Shown one piece after another: positions 11,905 through 22,328 of a stretch of 64,000 nt of DNA (within the stretch, counting starts at the first letter, position 1; each line of letters begins with the position of its first letter). Position numbers and translations under genes: made by a program. The DNA comes from Orbicella franksi (Eukaryota): the NCBI GenBank assembly GCA_964199315.1, contig OZ116712.1, positions 19,220,001 through 19,284,000 on the forward strand, in the 5' to 3' direction. Under the pieces are notes generated by a model, which had not been told where the DNA came from, ran no database searches, and saw only the letters and a program-made list of their open reading frames with translations.

Positions 11905-11905
11905 G
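9977..11905 (+). mobile_element. RTE-clade non-LTR retrotransposon lacking the endonuclease, copy 1
   Basis: Open RT frame 10008-11873 (LPKKGDL...WRGVTLL, QAGFRPGRS, FIDFEKAFD, YADD); (TAAG)8 tail; 13-bp TSD GAAA(C/G)ATCGACGC at 9964-9976 and 11906-11918. Confidence 0.92.
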
Positions 11906-12354
11906 GAAAGATCGACGCGTGGCGCGCGAACTAGCTCACGAGGGACGCGCGACTCGCAGATAGTCCATAGAGATTGTAAGTTCAGTTCCTCCTGACCAAC
12001 GCACCCCAACAAAATGAGCTGTCCATCTTTTGCAAGTGAGAAAAACAAATGACGTCTATTCAGACAGGAAGGAATTGAAATACAGACTCCAAAGTACTAA
12101 TGTTTTGTTCTGATCAATGTTTTAATGACATCTGATCAACCAGCCACATGTGTCACATTCTTAGGAATCAGTATCAGGCAAAATGACAAAGGCTCTTAAA
12201 ACAACGTTCCATGATTGGTTTGAACAAGGGAAAAGATTATCATAATAAACAGCCACGATTTCAAGAAGAACTAAAAAAGAAAGTCACCAGACTTCATTGT
12301 TTCGAGCTGAGTTCCGCGAAAACCTTGCTTTACCCCCTTGTTTGTGAACACGAC

Positions 12355-14469
12355 ATGGATATCAAAACGTTGCTCCATAATCTCCGTGAAGAAGTGTCTT
12401 GCTCGGTGTGTTCCGACATATTTACAGATCCAAAACATCTGCCATGCTTACACAGTTTCTGTCTGCACTGCTTGAAACAACGGCATAGGACAAGTCATGG
12501 CTGCGACACCATTAGATGTTTAAATTGTCAAGCCCTTAGCAGAGTACCTGAAAGTGGCGATCTGAAAGATCTTCCAACCAGCTTTTATCTGAATGGCTTG
12601 ATTGATGTGCTGGCAATAAAAGAGTGCAGAAGTAGTCAAGTAAGATGTGGGAACTGCGAGAAGAAAAGCTCCGAAACTTTTTATTGTTTCCATTGCTGCA
12701 TATTTCACTGTCAAGAGTGCGTCACGGCACACAACATCATGCGAAGCAATAAAGATCACCGTGTTCTGGCGCTGAAAGACTTTCAAGACAAGGACTATGA
12801 GGATGTGCTAAAGCGACCTGTGTTCTGTGCAAAGCAACGGCACGAGAAAGAAGAGCTGAAGTACTTTTGTAAGAACTGTGAAACGGCCGTTTGCCAAACT
12901 TGTGTTTTGATGGATCATCCTGGTCATGCTTTGGAGCACATAGATGACGAAGCTGAAAGAGAAAAGATTGAAATCAAATCAATGATTGAAACACAGAAGC
13001 ATAATTTACAAGCAAAGCTGATTGCTGTTAGTAAACTTGATGAAGACTACGCGAAGATCATACAAAGAGGCGAAGGGGTGAAGAGGGACGTTCAAAGGAC
13101 TGTTGACAATTTAATTGCCAATATTGAAGCGAAGAAGCAAACTATTTTTGCAGCGGTGGAAGACCAAACAGAGAAATCACTCGAAAGTCTAACAACGCAA
13201 AAGACCGAGATCAAAAATCAAATAGAGGTGATCAAATCAATGTTGGATAAAGCTGATAAAGTTTTGACACGATGTGCAAACGCTGAAGTCGTTCAAGTGA
13301 AAAAGTCATTACAAACAATCTTGGAGGGAGTTGATCAAACTACTAAGCCAACTGAGCGTGACCTGAAAGATCTTCCGATTTTAGTTTTCGTGCCAAATCT
13401 AAAGATGTTGAAGACTGTCAAGACCGAAGAAATTGGAACACTGAAAATACTGCAGCAAACTGAAGCTAGGGACGAAGAAGGACGAGAATGCGCGACGGAG
13501 GTGGGAATAAATGACAATAAGGATGGAAGCTACAAAATCTCCTATTCACCGAAAGATCAAGGCAAATACAAAGTGACAGTAAAGGTAAACGGCAAACACG
13601 TTCTTGATAGTCCTTTTTCTATTGAGGTGAAATCATTTCAGTTAAGACCTGCTTTTTCTTTTGGAAAACGAGGTTCGTCTGTTGGAATGGTTAATTATCC
13701 CTGGGGGGTGGCAGTGAATGCCAGGGACGAGATAGCTGTAACTAATTGGGGGAACCACAGAGTTCAAATCTTCAAGAGTGATGGAAAATACTTAAGATCT
13801 TTTGGTCGGGAAGGTAACAAAGCGGGCGAATTTAAGTATCCAGCGGGAATAACTTTTCATACAAATGGAAATATTTTCGTAGCAGAGCAGGATAACCATA
13901 GGATCCAGATTTTCATTGGGGAGGGTAAGTACGCGGGTATGTTTGGTGGGAAAGGAAGCCGTGATAGTCAGTTCTCTAATCCTTGTGGTTTATCTGTAGA
14001 CAGTGATGGAAATATCATTGTTGCTGATACAGGTAACAAATTAACTAAGATCTTTTCTCCTGATGGCAAGTTTCTAATGAAGGTAGGTGGGCACGGCTCT
14101 TTTACTTTTCCTTTCCACTGTGTTTAGTGTGATAGATATCTCATAGTGTCAGACTACAGTACAGATTGTATGAAAGTTTACGACAGGAATGGAAACTTTC
14201 AGTACAAGTTTGGAAAGCAGGGTGGAGGGGACGGGGAGTTTAAGTATCCCTGTTGTTTTTCAGTGAACAAGTCAGGAGACCTGATGGTCTGTGATTTAGG
14301 TAATGATAGAATACAAGTTTTTGAACTGAATGGAAATTTTGTTAGCAAGTGTGGAAGAAAGGGCAGTAATTTAGGAGAATTCAATTTCCCATCGTGTTTA
14401 GCAGTTCTCAGTAATGGCCGGATTGTTGTGTCTGACAAGAATAACCATCGCATCCAGATACTGGAGTGA
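12355..14469 (+). pseudogene. TRIM-NHL copy 2, disrupted
   Basis: In-frame TAG at 14125-14127 (CAG in the paralogs) with the frame continuing to ILE* at 14469; 132-nt in-frame deletion in the filamin repeat at 13469/13470; RING Trp changed to Arg (TGG>CGG, 12481). Confidence 0.85.
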
Positions 14470-16505
14470 ACATTGTCCTTTACAAACAAAAAGAAAACCG
14501 GTTATTGTCGAGTTATTTTAACGGATTCAAAATTCATTTTAGTTTTCAGTTTGTGTAATTTGTGGAATTCTTTTCTGTGATCAGTAAAACGTTAGAGGTG
14601 CAGTATTCACGTAATTGCTGGTGATTTGGTTCTGTATCGATTGAACTGTTCAATAATTGTTTTGAGGGTAGGGGGAGGGTGGGTGAGTGGGTGACAAACA
14701 CAAATTTGTGTCTCTTGCAGATGGATGGGATTAATAACTACATCTCTTGAGTTGTATTGTATGAATTATTTTGAAGGACAAAAAAACCTTTTAGTGGTTA
14801 ATGGTTATATTAAATAATAGAGTGACTAAATAAGAAAGCAGTAAAACCCCTTTATGTATTAATTGTTGTAATAAAAACCTCTACTATAGGAGAAAAGGCT
14901 CTTTAGAGGATTTACGTTTTCTTAATTTAAAGGGGAGACGGGTGGGTTGGTGACAAAAACAAATTTGTGTCGCTTGCATATGGATGGGATAAATAGCAAC
15001 GTCTCTTAGATTGTATTGTATGAATTGTTGTATGTTTACTTTACCAGTGGTTATATCAAACAATAGACTTACTAGCAAAATAAGAAAGTAATAAAACCAC
15101 TTTATAGATCAATTGTTGAAATAAGAACCTCCACTATAGGAGAAAAGGCTGTTTAGAGGATTTGCGTTTTCTTAATTTAAAGAACAAATGTTTTGTTTCT
15201 AAAATGATCACTATACTCTTTGACATTTAATTATCTTATGATGTTTTTATAGCAAGTTTGTTTTAGGGATTAGCAGGTTATTGACAGTCAGTTATGTACT
15301 GGAAAATATGTAGTACAATGAACATTGCTTCAATGGACTTACTGAGTTACTATTTGCCTTGAAGTTTGTATTTTCCTTATACTCAATAGCAGTATTTGTT
15401 AGCTACAGTGCTACAGTTAAACCTCGCTTTACGAATGACTTCTTAATACGGACACCTCGAGATTACGGAAAGTGATTTTAGTTCCTACCTCCAACACATT
15501 CTGTTAATTAAGACAGTCACCTGGATTATATCAACACTTAGTGTGGTCCTAATGGTGTGTGAGAAAACGGGGTTCGACTGTATCTGTAGGTTAATATATA
15601 TATATTTTAAAGTTTGTATTTGTAGCTTTAGTTTATTGGAACTTTAAAGTTAGCTGCTTTAATGAAGAAACGTTTTGTAGAAAGAGGTGTTAGCAATGAT
15701 GAACAAGTAGTGAACAGCTTTTCATATGAGATTATTGTTAAATCATCATTTACTCGATGTGAGAAACTGAAATAAAGTGTAAGTTAAGTGAAGTTGTAAT
15801 ATGCATCCAGTTTTAACTGTTTCGTGAGAAGCGAATTGTTTGGTTTACTTTTGAGAAAAGTTAGCCGGCCAAATGTGAGAACCTGTAACAACAGAACGAG
15901 AGCAATATTTCCTCTTTATAAAATAACTGAGATACTACGCGCGCTCTTATTGGTCGATAGGTGTGTTTAGATGAGAGTATGTAAACTGGGTTGTGACGTT
16001 TTACATTCGCGCTATTTTTGAGAATTATTTTATAAAGCAAAAGAACGCTTTTTCCGTGTTTACATAGCCTCATCTAAACACTCGGGGATTGGGAGAATTC
16101 TCGAAAGTTATGCAAACCCGAGACGTAGTCGAGGGCTTGCATAACTGTCTCGAATTCTCCGAACCCTCCTCGTGTTAAGATGAGGCCATGTAAACACGGA
16201 AAAATTGTTCTATATCTTAAGTACTGAGCAAACAATTATTTAAACAAAGTTGCTCTTTTACAACTTCGCTTATGAATCTTACAAACATGGTTTTTATTTC
16301 CGGCCCATGAACTCGAGTAATAACAGGAAGCGACGTACAAAAGCGAGAACACGCGCACGGGTCGCCACACGCCAGGAAACGAGAAGAGCGCTGCAAGCCG
16401 AAGGCAATTCAATTCCTTCCCCGAACACCCCTCACACTCGCCCCATATTATTCCTCAAACGCGTGCTATGCAGATAATGAAAACGGAGAAACTAACAACA
16501 TGCAT

Positions 16506-17183
16506 AAAATCTTAAAAGTTGTTGTCACTGACTTACAAATCTTAAAATAGACGTTTCGGCTAAAATACTATAACCTTCTTCAGTGATGAAATGAATGTTA
16601 ATGGCGTCTAAATGTAAATGAGATGTTTATAAGAATGTGAGGAACTCGCTAGGGATTAATTTAGCATTTTGTAAATGTCTGGAATATGCGCGTGGTCATT
16701 AATTGAGTTCGGTTCGCGAATGGAATGCCACGCTTCCAAGAACAATCTACGCGACCACAAGGGACAGCGGTCTATGACCTTGACATTATCAAAATCAAAT
16801 TCGTGGTTGTTTTTCATACAGTGTTGCGCCAAAAGAGAGTTCTTGTCACATGTGAGGACGGCTCTTTTATGTTCTTTTGTTCTAGATCTCAGTGCTCTGG
16901 ATGTTTGACCGATGTTAAGTTTTTCACAGTTTTTACAATTGATTTTATACACGACACCAGTTGACAGGTCTTGATCGAATTTATCCTTCGGTTTCTTCAG
17001 GATCGAACCAACCGTCTTGACGGGTTTATGAGCGACATTTACGTCGAATTGTCCTAAAGTTCTTGCAATTTTTTCAGAGATTCCTTGAAAATATGGCAAA
17101 GTAACAAAGCCTCTGTGGCTTTGAAGCTGATTATTTTGGGGCTGATTTGATGCTTTAGGTGGTTTGGTTCTTTGGCAGCTTTT
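16506..17183 (-). mobile_element. 5'-truncated Penelope-like element (GIY-YIG endonuclease end plus 3' terminal region)
   Basis: ORF 16656-17189: TLPY..GISE.I.R.L...VVYKINCKNCEKLNIGQTSR.L..R..EH...FLEAWH; imperfect 13-bp flanking duplication TAACAA(C/G)ATGCAT at 16493-16505 and 17184-17196; absent at the paralogous site near 34095. Confidence 0.88.
16548..16586 (-). ncRNA. Minimal hammerhead-ribozyme-like motif in the PLE terminal region
   Basis: Minus strand reads CTGAAGA-A-GGTTA-(TAGTATTT)-TAGCC-GAAACGTC; stem I pairing is poor. Confidence 0.6.
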
Positions 17184-17924
17184 TAACAAGATGCATGTTC
17201 ATTGATGAACGGGTCCCTTATCAATGAGCATAACATGAGCCTTGGTTTAATTTCTCCCGTTCTTCTGTTCAGTGGCCTTTCCGAGATGGAAAAGTGTATC
17301 GTTATAAGAATTGCAGACAAACAGCTTACTACTAGTAAGCTATAATTAACAGGCCACACGACAAGACACAGAAAGTATATTTGACGGCTAGTGGCTAAAA
17401 ATAGTGAGGTTTTTGTTTTGAACACCGTAAGCGAGACCAGAAGCATGGATTTACACCCCTTTGCGAGACGACAAGCATCCATCCCACGCAGATAGGGAGC
17501 TAAACTCCAGATTAAACAGTCCTGGAATAAGCAGTGGGCAGTGACTGTGTGGACAATTGATGGGAAAGCTCCCCCTCTGACATTTTAATGTTGTAGTGCC
17601 TCTCGTCACACAGAAGTGTACCACCATGCACCAAACTGTTGGGACAAACTAAGAAACCTGTGTTGGACTAGCAGCCCATCCGGGGGAGGCAGCAATTCCC
17701 TTGACTGCTTTATACCACGCAATTCAGGATAAGTTCTGCTGGGCACGCTTCGACCGAACGGACTGAATATTAACTTCAATTTCTTGTGACTGTGGGTCTA
17801 GCGCGTATTACACTTACGCGCACTAAAACAATGGTTTTCCCCTTTGTTTACTTTGTACTTCATGCGCGCGCTTTTCGTGCGTGCTTACGCGTACAGTTTT
17901 TTTGTATGGCGTGGCTAAATCCAC

Positions 17925-17957
17925 CTAGTGAAGAAGGGCTAAGCCCGAAACGTTTAG
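17925..17957 (+). ncRNA. Second minimal hammerhead-like motif (C3G variant)
   Basis: CTA-GTGAAGA-A-GGGC-TAA-GCCC-GAAACGTT-TAG: 3-bp stem I, perfect stem II, core with one substitution. Confidence 0.55.
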
Positions 17958-18045
17958 TTTCTCAGAACAAATTCGACAATTTTCAGAGCATTTCAGCTTT
18001 AAATACAACTCATATGAGTGTTTTGCTCATTCCTACTGAATTTAA

Positions 18046-18400
18046 GTTTTCGCGGTCCTGCTTGTTGATGTACTCCGCCCGTTGTATATTCGATGGCGAG
18101 GTGAATGTTGTTTGTTTCGTCTGGTGACCCTGCAGAATTTTGATTATTTTAAAACTGCTTAGATGGTCTGAAGAAGTAAATCTCGAGTATAATCCGCCGC
18201 TTTTCTTTGTGCTAGAAGGGTTTTGGTCTTCGTGTAAAGATTGAAAGTCACACATGGAGTCTTCCACACAGTACACGCTCCATTGCTAGCCTTCGTTACG
18301 TCGTCTGCTGATAAACCAAGTTTTTGATGTAGAAATGACTCAAAACGTTCAACCGAGCCATTCCATTTAAACTGAATTTTAGCATTAACAAATACCGTAA
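18046..18400 (-). mobile_element. Probable CR1/L2-type LINE ORF1 N-terminal fragment
   Basis: FKWNGSVERFESFLHQKLGL...TFNLYTKTKTLLAQ resembles ORF1 N-termini as recalled; part (1808-1927) is repeated in spacer A. Confidence 0.35.
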
Positions 18401-18541
18401 ATCCTCGAATTAGCACCCCGGGCGCTTATTTCAAATTAGGAGAAGACGGGGGGGCGCTTATTTAATTTTTATGTTCTTTCGTGACTTGGCGATATAAATC
18501 GAACAAAGTTGACTTTGTTTTGGAGCCAAGAAAACGGAATA

Positions 18542-19026
18542 CAGTCGAACCACTCGTAACCAACTATCCAAAATGTCAAGCGTACGTGTCCTAGGTGGTC
18601 GGTTTCGGCAGAATGCCGCTTACGAGAGCTTAGACCATACTTGGTCAAAAGTTTGCCTCAGTAGCATATCTGGTAACTGTATAGACGACATGTTTTAAAT
18701 GTTTTATTCATGTCATCAAAAACTCAATATCGAGAAAAAATCCTGTACTTCCCATTGAAAAAAAAAATCAGTCTCTTGTGCTACCTAGGAATTTGCGATA
18801 ATGTCTTGTTACCAAATCTCCACTCTATTATCTGTCCAATGGTCGATTACGGGAGGCTAAAAAAGAAAAGAAAATTTCAAACTTTGAGCGTCAAAAGTTG
18901 TCGCGATCGCTTACGAGAGGTGGTCGCTTACAAGGGGTTCTAAATATAATGATTTGACTTCAAAACTTTTAGTATTTTAGAAAACTGGTCGCTTACGAGA
19001 GGCGGTCGCAACCGGAGATTCGAGTA
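18542..19026. mobile_element. Degenerate TA-flanked MITE
   Basis: Starts TA-CAGTCGAACC; ends with repeated GGTCGCTTACGAGAGG and GATTCGAGTA. Confidence 0.5.
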
Positions 19027-22000
19027 TATCTGATAAGTCACTTGATCATTTGATTCATGATTACTTTTCAGCTTCCTGTTAACTACAGAAGACACACTTC
19101 AAAGCAGTTACGTTTCCCTCCAAATAACATTTCTACAGATCTCTTGCACGCTACTCTTAGCTGGGTCGGCAAGGCGAGTGAGCCTTATTTTCATATTCTG
19201 CCGGAGGGTTTCTTTTTTTCCGGTTGCGTTAAATTCATAATTGGAGAACTAAACTCTCAAATGGGTCAAATGGAAATTGCCAATTGGTAAGATGAACTGG
19301 CGTAGTTCTTGAAGCGTTTTATGTTCCTCTCTGTTTGGCTGGGTGAGGTGCTCTGTTAGGTTTTCCTTTAGCTAGTAATGTTTCAATGCTTTTCGTCATC
19401 ACTATACTCTTCCATTAGACGTAAACGCTAAAAAGAGCCACATATGGGAAAGGCTATATGATGTATACAGCAAGCGAGCAAAAAGCGTGTGTTGCTTGGA
19501 TTTTCAACTGAAACACAGAATAACAAAACGCGAGCGAGAACGTTTTTCTCCGGCTTCATGTCGAAACGTTTGCTTTAGACTAAGGTATTTATGATCTGAA
19601 TTCTTCTTGAATTCAAATTTTGAGTTGGATCGCCGTTTTTCCGCAATATTTTCCATTTTATGTTGTACTTTTTTGGTCTGCGTATAGACAATACATAACT
19701 TCACGGCCTCTCGGAGCACAATGTACTCCAGTCTCTCCAACCCTCTGTGGTCTTGCAGTTGTTAATTTCTCTCCCTTCGACCAATAGCACGTGTTATTAT
19801 TTCTACCGATAAATTAGGGGTTGACATCGTGTTTCCTTTGACTGGTTCTTCTAGCCAGGGAGGGGAGGTTGTTATGCCGAAACTGAGTTTGATGTGCTGG
19901 GAGCTGTTTGTCGCAATGTCCTTGGTTTCTAAGCACTCAAGTAAGCAGGTAACCAAATTACAGGTCATGTTATACAAAAACTACAAAACTCAAAACCACT
20001 TCCATCTCTCGATAGCTACTCGAATTCACTGTGGAAGATAAACTTAAGCGTAGCAGGTTAAGAACAATGAGAAATAACACAATACAGTGTATAAATGTTA
20101 GCTTGCTGATAATTGGTCCTGTATATTGTATTGTTAAAGCGACGTGTGTTCTGGTCTTCTTTTGTCATGTATAAGAACCTTCGTCTTCTAAAAAGTTATC
20201 GATTTCTGTCAAGGCTGAATTGCTGACTTAAGAATGAGTATCGTTTCATCTGATCAGTACCGTACGAGGAGCCGTGTCTGTTTCGGTTTCTCTGTCTTGT
20301 CTTCAGTGTTTCAATCAGACATTTCCCTTGTTTTCCTGCCAAAGAATAGAATCGCTTGAACAGTGACGTATGACGGTGCTAGTGCCCGTGCTTTAGTAAG
20401 GTATTCTTGGGACGCCCCTAAGTTGTGTGTATGAGATAAAGCGCTTTCGTTTGCAACGCCTTAGAATGAAGGATTAATAAAGCTAACCAGATCGTTTGAT
20501 GCGAGGCTGCTTAATTTTACGTGACATGAGTTTACGTTCTTACTAATTGTCATGGAAGAGTATCTGTCTTCTCCTTATAGCAACAAGACAGAAAAAAGGT
20601 TGAACGTATCTAGATAATTGCTAGTAGGACGCAACGAGAAACACTACATTGAAAACATTTGTGCCTTCCTCGATCTTTAATTAAAAATTCTTCACTGCTG
20701 ATAAGTTGACCGGTACACAAGATCCTTGTCAGACAAAAAATCGCTTTTCTTTCCATCAATAGAATAACTACACGTCTCATGTATATAAGCATGAGGCACT
20801 GACGGCCAGAAAGCCCCGGTGCGGGGTGGGGGTAAGGGAGGGGGGGTGTTACGGGAGTCCCATACAAAAATGTCGGGGATGCTCGTCGAAAAATTTGAAT
20901 AAAAGTTCTAGAGGAGAGCAATCTGGGTGTAACTCTAACTTTGTTTTCAATCCCGACAAAATACCAATTAAAACGAAAATGACAGCGTTAACGTCTTCAG
21001 GGTCTTCAAATGCACACTTAGACAGCTAAAACTAATGGGGCTTTTGTCCTGAACACCCTATAAGTGAGAACAGAATCATTGATTTACACCAGCTTCTTAG
21101 CGAGACCACGAGCATCAGTCCCCGACTATTTCATTTGGTCGCCTCCTCCCAAGTAGTGAGCTAAACTCCAGATTAAACAGTCCGGGAATAAGCATTGGGC
21201 AGTCACTTTTCAAAAATTGACGGGCAAACCCATCCTTCGCTCGCCCCCTCTGACATTTTACTGTTGTAGTGCCTCTCGCCACACAGGAGTGTACCACCAT
21301 GTTAGAAGAACCTAATGAAAGGTTACGAGGGAAGTAATCTGTGTTGGGCTAGCATCCAATCCGAGGGGAGCCGCAATGCTCTTGGCTGTTTTATACCACG
21401 CAAGCCAGGATAAGTTCCAGTTGTGTTGGCCAGTTTGGCTTAAGTGTGACATCACTCCATCGTTAACTAAAAATAGTTCACTATTTCAGTGAGGTCAGCT
21501 GTTACAAATCACAGTAGCTCTTAATTTAAACATGCCAGTGATTTTCACCGTTCAAAGAAAAATATCGATATCAAATTTCTCTTTACTGAGTCGCAATATT
21601 TCTTTAAATAATTTTGAGAGAATTTGGGTTTTAGTCAAACGTTTGCAACTGTGATGATTGGGTCTTGTATTCCCGTAACGTGTCTTCTTGCATTTGCCAA
21701 AAGATGGTAAGGAGAAATGAGGCTTTCATTACAGGCGCAGATGAAACGGAAAGATTATGGAGGAAGGATAAGATGCCATTGCCACATGAAAATTACAGTC
21801 CATAACGACATAAGTAGTTTTGATTATAACAGACTGCCAAGAAGCATTTTTCCTCTCGTGAGAGATCGACAAGTGGCGCGCGAGCTAGCTCACGAGGGAC
21901 GTGTGGCTGGCAGATAATCACGAGTCTTCGCGAGTCCGTAGAGATTGTAAGTTCAAACCATTGGTTGGAGTTCTGCCTGACCAACACCCTAACAAAATGA

Positions 22001-22328
22001 GCTGTCCATCGTTTGTGCGTGAAAACAACAAATGAAGTCTATTCAGACAGAAAGGAATTGAACTACAGACACCAAAGCACTAATGTTTTGTTCTGCTCAA
22101 TGTTTTAGTGACATCTGATCAAGGAGCCCCAAGGGTCACATTCTTTGGAATTAGTATGCGAGACAAAATGACAAGGGCTCTTAAAGCGACGTTCCATGAT
22201 TGGTTTGAACAAGGGAAAAGATTAGCATAATAAACAATCACGATTCCAAGAAGAGCTAAAAAAAGAAAGTAACAAGACTTCATGGTTTCGAGTTGAGTTC
22301 CGCGAAAACCTTTGTTTCTGAACACGAC

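Noticed and set aside
19545-19575. Third hammerhead at CGAAACGTT
   Set aside because: No upstream CTGANGA and no stem II.
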